From a virus (Duplodnaviria; Caudoviricetes), in IMG/VR virus record IMGVR_UViG_3300042905_001626, positions 1 through 50,243 of that record: a DNA stretch of 50,243 nt; one strand, written 5' to 3'. This document shows, in pieces, positions 8,455 through 16,262 of this stretch. A program made the position numbers and the translations under genes. Each line of letters opens with the position of its first letter. Position 1 is the stretch's first letter. Under the pieces are notes generated by a model, which was not told the origin of the DNA, did no database searches, and was given only the letters and a program-made list of their open reading frames with translations.

Positions 8455-8801
8455 GTTTTGTCCTTATTCCATAGTGAATAATTCAATCGATAAATACGGC
8501 GCTGTTCTTCGCTGACACGCAAAGGTTCTTTGCTGCTAACCGCCATCCTGACGCGACCGTCATGCATGAACCTAGATAACTTGTTACGCAGCCAGCCAGG
8601 ATCTAAGTCCAGCCAGTTACAGTAGCTCTCTAGGTCTTTGCCAAACAGGAAATGAAACGCACTGCGAGCATGTTCATCAAGACGGTAATCTTCGACATCA
8701 CGCTTGCGCTTGGACGGCGAGCCTATGTAAATAGGCATACGACACGTATCAAGAATGGCACAGTTAACAACAGCTAATAAGACTCTTTGTTCGGGGATCA
8801 T
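8238..8801 (-). CDS. Hypothetical protein, first gene of the leftward arm
   Basis: GGAG RBS; PEQRVLLAVVNCAILD...ARSAFHFLF...YCNWLDLDP pattern; its 3' part overlaps 8155-8454. Confidence 0.65.
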   Translation of the reverse strand: MIPEQRVLLAVVNCAILDTCRMPIYIGSPSKRKRDVEDYRLDEHARSAFHFLFGKDLESYCNWLDLDPGWLRNKLSRFMHDGRVRMAVSSKEPLRVSEEQRRIYRLNYSLWNKDKTCSMSPEDEKPLLPIKQVTSPCVPSGQESERIILSHLRHGKRPSPKTSSGSKTFTSIAQCLAGHGTDDGEER

Positions 8802-8873
8802 TGTGTTCTCCAGTAGAACAATGGTACATTATGTTCACATCGTATTGCAATACATCAGAGGGGTATCCGACAA
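8802..8873. promoter_or_regulatory. Divergent promoter region with inverted repeats
   Basis: Intergenic gap between divergent arms; contains TGTTCT-N5-AGAACA and the palindrome GTATTGCAATAC. Confidence 0.5.
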
Positions 8874-9329
8874 ATGGCAATCAATAGCCGACAGAAGGGA
8901 AGACGTGGCGAGTTAGAGGTGGCTAAGTTAATTTCGACCGCCTTGGAAATGGAAGTGAAATTGAATTATGACCAAGCTGCGGCCGGTGGTTATGATATGA
9001 AAGTATGGGGTTGGGCGGTGGAAGTGAAGCGAGCCGAGAACCCTGACTGGCGGGCGTGGCAGCGACAGGCCCTGACATCAGCATGGAAGGATGGTCTGAT
9101 GCCTATCCTTTTTCACCGTAGGAATCACGCAAGATACTGGGATGTGCATATGCCGATCAGTGTGTTCCTGGTGGTGTGGGGCGGGCAAGGTCCATTTGAT
9201 GAGAATGATTGGATGCAGGTATCGTTTGATGTAGCGATAGCAACAATGAGGATGACCCATGGATCCACGTATACGCAAGATGATCGTCAACGATATGATC
9301 GAATCCATACCTCAGCACCTCAAGCTTGA
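8874..9329 (+). CDS. Holliday junction resolvase (Hjc-like PD-(D/E)XK)
   Basis: INSRQKGRRGELEVAK...YD...AVEVKR...W.Q motif. Confidence 0.8.
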   Translation: MAINSRQKGRRGELEVAKLISTALEMEVKLNYDQAAAGGYDMKVWGWAVEVKRAENPDWRAWQRQALTSAWKDGLMPILFHRRNHARYWDVHMPISVFLVVWGGQGPFDENDWMQVSFDVAIATMRMTHGSTYTQDDRQRYDRIHTSAPQA

Positions 9330-9471
9330 GGTAGCTACAGAGGTGGCAGAGCGCCGAGCCATGGAGTTGCAGATCCGATCAATCAAGTTATTGGCTGACA
9401 CCAAAGCCTTTGCCGCATGGCTCAGGCAGACTGGTTTGGACAAAAAAAATCCCGGTGAGGGGCCGGGATAA
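9259..9471 (+). CDS. Hypothetical protein
   Basis: GAGGA RBS before ATG 9259. Confidence 0.55.
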   Translation: MDPRIRKMIVNDMIESIPQHLKLEVATEVAERRAMELQIRSIKLLADTKAFAAWLRQTGLDKKNPGEGPG

Positions 9472-9555
9472 ATCTTACGGGGTGGTAAGACAAGGAGACA
9501 CACACGAACTTCAGGGATTAATGTAGCACACATTAAATATTTTGTGATACTCTTG

Positions 9556-9666
9556 GGTTGTTGTCGTCGAAGTCAACAAAGATGAAGGCCACTTACTCAT
9601 GCGTCTGCCCCTGCTCCACAGGGGACTTCGACCAGGCGCAGCAGTAAGTGGCTTTTTGGTTTTTTG
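9556..9666 (+). ncRNA. Candidate structured leader/antisense-type RNA with loop-bulge complementarity and U-tract
   Basis: Hairpin 9558-9579 exposes GTCGAAGT; long hairpin 9585-9655 has bulge ACTTCGAC; T-rich tail follows. Confidence 0.55.
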
Positions 9667-9938
9667 CACGACAGCCGTACCCCGAGCGTTATCAAGAGCC
9701 TGCATGGGCTGCGCGGGAGGAAACACCGGCTAACTTTAACCCCAGTAGCAAGCCGTCCGAACTTTCAGAGAGGTATCGGGCAACACGTTCGTGACAGCGG
9801 TGAAGACAGCACGGGCATGGATGAATCTCTGGCTTCTGGCAGCGCTAGGAGGAGCATCAAGTGCGCCTCTGGGCGAGGGTGAACCCCGGGCTTCACCCCT
9901 GGGGATGCTATTGCGTAAATGTTATACAATGCAGAACA

Positions 9939-9994
9939 ACCGTTCATCAACCGACAAACGGTCATTGATTTTTACGCCACGGTGAAATGACAAT
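9939..9994 (+). promoter_or_regulatory. Inverted-repeat operator plus sigma70-like promoter, copy 1
   Basis: ACCGTTCATC-AACC-GACAAACGGT, then TTGATT-N18-GACAAT; matches the copy at 10821. Confidence 0.55.
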
Positions 9995-10015
9995 AAGACT
10001 TTTACGGAGATCACC

Positions 10016-10144
10016 ATGGATGAAATGATTGAAACGCTCATGGCACAGAACAAATGGCCATTCAAATTCCACTACACAGAAGACGGTAAGGAACTGACTG
10101 CACCGCCTGTTGAAGAGCCACCGATTGAAGAGGCGCTGTTCTGA
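10016..10144 (+). CDS. Small hypothetical protein (42 aa)
   Basis: GGAGA RBS; TGATG coupling to the next ORF. Confidence 0.5.
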   Translation: MDEMIETLMAQNKWPFKFHYTEDGKELTAPPVEEPPIEEALF

Positions 10145-10323
10145 TGCTCTGTCCTTACTGCACAAAAGGAGATGGTGAGGGTAGCAAGACCAAGGTTCTT
10201 GAAACCAGGATGTACTGGGACGAGACTGGCAAATACTTTTTCATCGAGCGTAGGCGTGAATGTTTGAGATGTGATGAGCGATTCACCACGAAAGAACGAT
10301 CACCGAGAGTGAGGGATAAATGA
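10144..10323 (+). CDS. NrdR N-terminal-like zinc-ribbon protein (59 aa, not in the ORF track)
   Basis: MLCPYC...TKVLETR...ERRRECLRCDERFTTKE. Confidence 0.8.
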   Translation: MLCPYCTKGDGEGSKTKVLETRMYWDETGKYFFIERRRECLRCDERFTTKERSPRVRDK

Positions 10324-10520
10324 CACCAGACGACATTATCAAGATGGCAAAGCAGGCTGGGCTTGATCCTGACCTTTGGAATTACACCGATGCGTTTGAA
10401 CGCTTTGCTGCACTTGTCGCAGCACATGAAAGAGAGGCGTGTGCGAAGGTGTGCGATGGTTGGACACACGCCGATGGGGATAGATGCGCCGAAGCCATCA
10501 GAGCAAGGGTCGATCAGTGA
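10320..10520 (+). CDS. Small 'EREACAKVC...AIRAR' family protein (orphan copy)
   Basis: MTPDDIIKMAKQAG...FERFAALVAAHEREACAKVCD...CAEAIRAR. Confidence 0.8.
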   Translation: MTPDDIIKMAKQAGLDPDLWNYTDAFERFAALVAAHEREACAKVCDGWTHADGDRCAEAIRARVDQ

Positions 10521-10837
10521 AAAGGCAAAAGCCTGGTGCTGACTTCGTGGCGGAGCAAGCCAACAGGATGTATGACCTGTTACGCCAACGTGCAGCCCTG
10601 CCACGTGAGGATCTGGAGTACGTGGTGGATGCTGTTGCCAGGCTCAAGGATGAACGATTAAAAGCTTGCGTGGCGGATCTCATTGGATGGGGTGATGAGG
10701 AGCGGGCTGAGATCGAGACGTTCGTGGCTATTGCTATTGAACTCATGAAGCGCACCAGCGTATCGACGTTACGGTCATGCGCTCGTACCGTTGAACTCCG
10801 TCATCTGGCCAAGGAAATCGACCGTTCATCGACCTGA
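10517..10837 (+). CDS. Hypothetical protein
   Basis: GTG start in a GTGA overlap with the upstream stop. Confidence 0.6.
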   Translation: MKRQKPGADFVAEQANRMYDLLRQRAALPREDLEYVVDAVARLKDERLKACVADLIGWGDEERAEIETFVAIAIELMKRTSVSTLRSCARTVELRHLAKEIDRSST

Positions 10838-10877
10838 CGAACGGCTATTGTCACAACGATAAAACCAGCAGCACAAT
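10821..10877 (+). promoter_or_regulatory. Inverted-repeat operator plus sigma70-like promoter, copy 2, upstream of the tasA-like gene
   Basis: ACCGTTCATC-GACCT-GACGAACGG, then TTGTCA-N18-CACAAT. Confidence 0.55.
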
Positions 10878-10899
10878 TAAGTTTTACAGGAGAAAACAC

Positions 10900-11694
10900 A
10901 TGCAACTAGAATCAGTTTACAAACTTGGCAGGGACCTTCGCACCGCTGCCCGCACCATGTCCGATGATGAAGCAAGGTTCCTTGTTGATTACTACTACAT
11001 TGCCCAAGAAGATCGTAAGCGCAGCACCAATCAAGTCCGTGCATTGGATCAATCACAAGAGCCGAATGGCGTGATCAACTGGCTTGCTGATCAAACAGGT
11101 AGCCTTGAGAGCGAGATCAAGAAGGCACTAGATTCCTATACCGAGAACCACCCCATGGGCGCGTGGATGCGTCAGATCTACGGCATTGGCCCTGTTATTT
11201 CTGCCGGTCTGTTAGCGCACATCGACATTACCAAAGCGCCTACGGTTGGTCACATCTGGCGTTATGCTGGCTTAGATCCCACAAGCAAATGGGAGAAAGG
11301 ACAGAAGCGCCCATGGAATGCAGGACTGAAATCACTGTGCTGGAAGGCTGGCCAGTCATTCATGAAGTTCAGCAACAGGGAAGAGTGCTACTACGGCCAC
11401 GTGTACAAAGAACGTAAGGCCTATGAAATTGCACGCAATGATCGTGGCGATAACAAAGATCTAGCCGAGCAGTTGAAAGAGAAGGTTGGCAAGACCACGG
11501 ATGCCTACAAACATCTGTCCAGTGGCGTGCTGCCACCCGGTCAGATCGATGCACGGGCAAGACGTTATGCTGTTAAATTATTCCTTTCACACCTGCATGG
11601 CGCATGGTATGAAACGCATTTTGGAACGAAGCCACCATTACCCTATCCGATAGCACACTTGGGTCATGCACACTTCATTCCTTCACCTGTTTAA
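10900..11694 (+). CDS. tasA: TasA-like protein: Nop-domain, IS110-related RNA-binding protein with no nuclease domain
   Basis: Helical N-terminus plus IYGIGPVISAGLLAHIDI...GHIWRYAGLDP (IS110 Tnp/Nop-like motif). No RuvC/DEDD or HNH domain and no SSG serine motif. Its stop codon overlaps the start of a 36-nt-period array. Confidence 0.85.
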   Translation: MQLESVYKLGRDLRTAARTMSDDEARFLVDYYYIAQEDRKRSTNQVRALDQSQEPNGVINWLADQTGSLESEIKKALDSYTENHPMGAWMRQIYGIGPVISAGLLAHIDITKAPTVGHIWRYAGLDPTSKWEKGQKRPWNAGLKSLCWKAGQSFMKFSNREECYYGHVYKERKAYEIARNDRGDNKDLAEQLKEKVGKTTDAYKHLSSGVLPPGQIDARARRYAVKLFLSHLHGAWYETHFGTKPPLPYPIAHLGHAHFIPSPV

Positions 11695-12692
11695 CCACAG
11701 CAAATGAGAGAACCACACCGCTGAAGTGAGTCAATCGATAAGAGAGAACCAGCAAGCCCAAACGAGTCATCAATTCAGAGAGATCCAAAAACTTGGAACG
11801 AGTCAAAGTGGCGAAGAGAACCAATGCGTCAGAACGAACCATTTGCATGCAGAGAACCAGGTTTGGTAAGTGAGTCAAAGAGGACGAGAGATCCAGTCAT
11901 TCAGAGCGAGTCAAAAAAAACGAGAGAACCATGTCATTTGAACGAGTCATAGACAACGAGAGAACCTGTAGGTAAGAACGAGTCACCCATGAAGAGAGAA
12001 CCACTAACGAAGAACGAGTCACTACAGAAGAGAGAGCCATGAAGTCAGAACGAGTCATACCACGAGAGAGAACCAGGAAGCCCGAACGAGCCAAGGTCAG
12101 TAAGAGCACCAGGGGTTAAGAGCGAGTCATGATGCTGAAGAGCACCAAAAACGATTGAACGAACCATACCTAAGGAGAGAGCCATTTATGGGAAGTGAGT
12201 CAATTACCTGGAGAGAACCACCCGCATGGAACGAACCACCCTTTGCGAGAGAACCACATAGGGAAAGTGAATCAAGAAGGAGCGGCTGAAACAAGAAGGG
12301 CCGCAAAGAGAACCAGACGGAGTAAATGAGTCAACTTCTGCGAGAGAACCAAGAAGAGAGAACGAACCACAAACCTGAGAGCACCAGGGGTGAACAGTGA
12401 GTCATTGAACACGAGAGCGCCATAAGACAAGAACGAGTCACCAAAATCGAGAGAACCATAACTCTGGAACGAGTCAATTTTTTTGAGAGATCCATAAATA
12501 AGGAACGAGTCAGTCTAAAAGAGAGAACCACTCGCAAGGAACGAACCAAGCAAGACGAGGGAACCAAGCTGTTAGAGTGAGTCAGAGGAATTAAGAGCAC
12601 CAATAAACATGAACGAGTCACAGCTTCAGAGAGATCCGCACCACAAGAACGAACCACGCTTGAAGAGAGCACCATATAAATAGAGTGAAACC
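11693..12692 (+). ncRNA. TIGR-like array: 27 dual-spacer units of 36 nt
   Basis: Unit = 9-nt spacer A + AGAGAACCA (loop repeat) + 9-nt spacer B + A(A/G)(C/T)GA(G/A)(T/C)CA (edge repeat). Parsed by hand; all spacers differ. Confidence 0.9.
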
Positions 12693-12709
12693 CCCCAACT
12701 GAGATCATT

Positions 12710-13543
12710 ATGGAAAGACACCCACTATCAGCAGCATTCCCAGACATGGACGAGGAAGACTTTCAAGAGCTTCTGTCCAGCATCAAGGCCCATGGTCAAC
12801 GTGAACCCATCACCCTCTTTGAGGGCCAAGTACTGGATGGATGGCACCGATACCGCGCCTGCCAGCAGCTTGAGATAGGACCCATGACCACGGAGTTTGA
12901 TGGCGACGACCCTGTGGCGTTCGTGATCGACCTGAACCTTCAGCGTAGGCACCTTTCGCCCAGCCAAAAGGCGCTTGCTGTGGTGTCATGTAACACATGG
13001 CGGGGTGTGGGCAAGCCTGTAATTACGCCACGTGGCGTAATTAAAAGTCATCGTGACGACAATTCAACAAGCGCAAAAGACATGGCCAAGCGTGCCGGTG
13101 TCGGTGAGCGTACTGTACAACGCGCCAAGGAGGTTGTGACCAAGGGCGACAAGGACACGGTGGAGAAGGTCAAGAAGGGCGCCATAACCCTGTCACAGGC
13201 ACTTAAAGCCATCGACAAGGCAGATCCATCAAACGCCCCGCCAAAGCCCATAGAACCGCGCCTGCCGGCCGCTGTAAGCCTTGAGAAGTATCAGGAGCTA
13301 TTCAAACAGCATGAGGCCCTGAAGGCCCTGTATCAAGAGCAACAAGACAACGCAGCAGAACTGGCCAAGGAGGTCGAGATACTTGAGGCACTCAGGGATA
13401 ACGAGCACTACCCCAAGATGCGAGAGCTACAGGCAACGATTGACAACCTGACGCAGTCACGGGACAAATGGCAGAACGAATGCGCCGAGATGAAGAAGCA
13501 AGTTTTGTACTGGAAGAAACATGCTGATCGAAAGTCTGCGTGA
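12710..13543 (+). CDS. ParB N-terminal-like domain protein with HTH and coiled coil
   Basis: ELLSSIKAHGQREPI...VLDGWHRYRAC...LNLQRRHL; HTH AKDMAKRAGVGERTVQRAK. Confidence 0.85.
   Translation: MERHPLSAAFPDMDEEDFQELLSSIKAHGQREPITLFEGQVLDGWHRYRACQQLEIGPMTTEFDGDDPVAFVIDLNLQRRHLSPSQKALAVVSCNTWRGVGKPVITPRGVIKSHRDDNSTSAKDMAKRAGVGERTVQRAKEVVTKGDKDTVEKVKKGAITLSQALKAIDKADPSNAPPKPIEPRLPAAVSLEKYQELFKQHEALKALYQEQQDNAAELAKEVEILEALRDNEHYPKMRELQATIDNLTQSRDKWQNECAEMKKQVLYWKKHADRKSA
13020..13043. repeat. 24-bp palindrome, copy 2 (in the parB-like gene)
   Basis: Perfect palindrome, identical to copy 1. Confidence 0.9.
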
Positions 13544-15044
13544 TTACCAAGTCAAGGCACTTGAAGAGCTAAGGAATGGCGTACGCCTGGGTAATCGCTG
13601 CCAGATCCTGGTGGCGCCCACTGGCGCAGGCAAGACAGTAAGTGCGTCTTACTTACTCAACGAGGCAAGGTCCAAGGGTAGCGTGGCATGGTTTATCTGT
13701 GACCGGGTGTCACTGGTTGATCAAACCTCCGCCACGTTAGATCGATACGGTGTGCCACATGGCGTGATTCAGGCAGATCACTGGCGCTGGAGACCATACG
13801 AATATGTGCAGGTTATATCAGCACAAACATTATCTCGCCGGAAAATAGATAATCCACCAAAGTTAATTGTTATTGATGAATGTCACACGGTATTTAAATC
13901 TGTAGCGGATGCAATTAATAGATTTCCAGATGCCATTGTTGTTGGATTAACTGCCACGCCATTTACTAAAGGGCTCGGAAAGATATTTTCTAATATCGTT
14001 AATTCAACCACCACAGATAATCTAATTAAAGACGGTTGGTTAGTACCCGTTAAAATGTATGTAGCGAAAAACTCCATGGATATGCGCGACGCCGAGATTA
14101 AGTTTGATGGCGAGTGGGCAGAAAAAGACATGGAAAATCAAGGGATTAAGATCGTTGGCGATGTGGTCTCCGAGTGGAAAGAGAAAACAAATAAACATTT
14201 TAATGGCCCAGCTAAAACGATTGTATTTAGCGCGACCGTTGCACACGGCGATGAATTATGCAGGGAATTTCAGAAGGAAGGTTATAACTTCCAACAGATA
14301 AGTTATAAAGATGGTAATAATGAAAGACGCAGGGAATTAATCGAGGAATTCAGAAAACCAGACAGCGAGATAATCGGATTAATATCTTGCGAGGCACTGG
14401 CAAAAGGTTTTGATGTTACAGATATTAAAATCGGTGTGTGCGCTAGGCCATACAGAAAATCATTGTCGAGCCACATCCAGCAGATGGGTCGCGTCATGCG
14501 TCCGCACCCCGGTAAAGAGTTCGCCATTTGGCTAGATCATGCAGGCAATCTATCCCGATTCTGGGAGGATCAGGTGGATGTATTCCAGCATGGCGTTGAG
14601 TCATTGGATGATGGCAAGCTGGATGCGAAGGTAAGGAAAGAGAAGACCGAGAAAGAGAAGGCAGAGATCTCTTGTTCATCATGTGGCTACATGTTCAAGG
14701 GGCGTGTGTGCCCCGCGTGCGGAACCGAGCGGCGCAGCAAGATGAGCGAAGTGCTCAACATAAGTGGCGTCATGGAGGAGTTCGGATCGGTCAAGCCCAA
14801 GGACTGGATGTCGGACAAGCGGCTGGTGTGGTGGGAGATTGTTCAGATATCCAAGGACCGAAAGCGTGGCGATCTGGCGGCGGCCGAGCGATTTGCCAAG
14901 GCGCAATACAAAAACCTGACAGGGTCATGGCCTAATTGGAAGTTTCATGACGCTATGCCTGTTGAGCCACGGCTAGTGACGGTCAACAAGATCAAGAGCC
15001 AAGTGATTAAGTACGCGAAGAGCAAGTTTAGGAGGCTGGTATGA
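13521..15044 (+). CDS. Superfamily 2 helicase with C-terminal zinc finger
   Basis: APTGAGKT, DECH, GLTATP, QQMGRVMR motifs; CSSC...CPAC. Confidence 0.93.
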   Translation: MLIESLRDYQVKALEELRNGVRLGNRCQILVAPTGAGKTVSASYLLNEARSKGSVAWFICDRVSLVDQTSATLDRYGVPHGVIQADHWRWRPYEYVQVISAQTLSRRKIDNPPKLIVIDECHTVFKSVADAINRFPDAIVVGLTATPFTKGLGKIFSNIVNSTTTDNLIKDGWLVPVKMYVAKNSMDMRDAEIKFDGEWAEKDMENQGIKIVGDVVSEWKEKTNKHFNGPAKTIVFSATVAHGDELCREFQKEGYNFQQISYKDGNNERRRELIEEFRKPDSEIIGLISCEALAKGFDVTDIKIGVCARPYRKSLSSHIQQMGRVMRPHPGKEFAIWLDHAGNLSRFWEDQVDVFQHGVESLDDGKLDAKVRKEKTEKEKAEISCSSCGYMFKGRVCPACGTERRSKMSEVLNISGVMEEFGSVKPKDWMSDKRLVWWEIVQISKDRKRGDLAAAERFAKAQYKNLTGSWPNWKFHDAMPVEPRLVTVNKIKSQVIKYAKSKFRRLV

Positions 15045-15847
15045 GTTTTGTGGCGCACGCACAGGCCCATGGGCTAATGATTAACTACGCAATTCCGGAT
15101 GGGAAGTGGCACCGGGTACCCACTACTGACAAACCAAGGAAGCGCAACGGTGCGTACGTATTCGATGGCAACAGCGGAGTGGTGAAGAACTGGGCGACCA
15201 TGGATACGTTTGCCCGGTACGGTGAGAAGGTCAACCAGATCATTAAATACTTTGACGATTCTGAAGAGCGGATCAAGCACGCACGGGCGGCAAAGCAGGC
15301 GATGGCGTTGATCAAGAGCGCAGTGGTGATGAACCACCCGTACTTGACGGCGAAGGGATTTCCCAAGGCGACTGGCTTGGTCGTTGGTGAAGAGCTCATC
15401 ATCCCCATGAGGGACTATAAAACGCAGGCGATCACGGGGGCGCAAAGGATCAAGGGCGGTGGTGAAAAGCTGTTTATCCCTGGCAGCCGGGCCAAGGGGG
15501 CCGTGTTCGTGATTGGCAGGGGGTCGGAGTCGTGGCTGGTCGAGGGCTACGCTACGGGGCTAAGCGTGGCGGCGGCGTTGAAGCTCATGTATCGGCCGGC
15601 TCAGGTGGTCGTGTGCTTCAGCGCGTCGAACCTTGGCCATGTGGCGGAGCGTATAGGCGGCCGGCGGTTTGTGGTGGCGGATCATGATGGGAGCGGCACG
15701 GGCGAGCGGGTGGCGGTGGCTAGCGGGTTGCCGTGGGTTATGCCTGAGATGGTGGGAGATGCTAACGATTTGCATCAATCGGCCGGGCTGTTAGCGGTTC
15801 GGTCAATGCTTTCGGGTCTGGTACTCGGCAAAGCTGGCAGCCAGTAA
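15041..15847 (+). CDS. Toprim-domain primase (TraC-like)
   Basis: HPYLTAKG, LVEGYATGLS, VVADHD, DAND motifs. Confidence 0.85.
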   Translation: MSFVAHAQAHGLMINYAIPDGKWHRVPTTDKPRKRNGAYVFDGNSGVVKNWATMDTFARYGEKVNQIIKYFDDSEERIKHARAAKQAMALIKSAVVMNHPYLTAKGFPKATGLVVGEELIIPMRDYKTQAITGAQRIKGGGEKLFIPGSRAKGAVFVIGRGSESWLVEGYATGLSVAAALKLMYRPAQVVVCFSASNLGHVAERIGGRRFVVADHDGSGTGERVAVASGLPWVMPEMVGDANDLHQSAGLLAVRSMLSGLVLGKAGSQ

Positions 15848-16009
15848 GTCGGCGGCGGTGTGCTCGGGTATGCCCCACAAGCGGCAGTGCATGGCCATTG
15901 CCTGAGCCAGTGCGGCGGCGGCGTGCGCGGGGTGGTCAAACAATTCGGGCAAGGCCTCCATAATGTCGGCTATGCCCGTTTGCATGTCCATATATTCCGA
16001 TGGCTTCAT
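15803..16009 (-). CDS. Hypothetical protein
   Basis: Last ORF of the leftward block. Confidence 0.55.
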   Translation of the reverse strand: MKPSEYMDMQTGIADIMEALPELFDHPAHAAAALAQAMAMHCRLWGIPEHTAADLLAASFAEYQTRKH

Positions 16010-16016
16010 GCGTCCA

Positions 16017-16262
16017 TCATATACGACTAAGCCCGAAAAAAACTAGGTAATCGGGGCCATACACTAACCCAGCGGGACCGTCCGGGGTTATCCGTTGGGC
16101 TTGGGCCGTGAGCATGGCGGCGTGTTGTAAGGGGTGGCGGTTGCGTGGCGTGTTGAAAACTTCAAAGTTTTGCTTGTTGCTAATGCTTTGCCATTGTCGC
16201 TTGGCCCGGTCAAATTCCTGGTAAGGGTTGCCATCGGGGGCAATGATGAAAAATGGTTTCAT
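16017..16262 (-). CDS. Hypothetical protein
   Basis: ATGA-coupled. Confidence 0.55.
   Translation of the reverse strand: MKPFFIIAPDGNPYQEFDRAKRQWQSISNKQNFEVFNTPRNRHPLQHAAMLTAQAQRITPDGPAGLVYGPDYLVFFGLSRI

Noticed and set aside
10900-11694. IS110 transposase / insertion sequence
   Set aside because: Lacks the N-terminal DEDD RuvC-like domain and the catalytic serine motif; the adjacent array fits a Tas protein better.
11698-12683. Self-targeting of the phage by array spacers
   Set aside because: Spot checks of spacerA + revcomp(spacerB) gave only partial 10-11-nt matches (e.g. GATAAGTGGGC near 17434, AGGTCAGTAC near 43509), as expected by chance. The search was not exhaustive.
11693-12692. 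CRISPR array
   Set aside because: Two alternating 9-nt repeats with 9-nt spacers do not fit CRISPR repeat/spacer sizes, and there is no cas operon.
11675-12747. Minus-strand ORFs 11675-11878, 11897-12109 and 12331-12747
   Set aside because: Their 12-aa periodicity (VLS...TRS) is just the antisense of the 36-nt array; no RBS or protein-like features.
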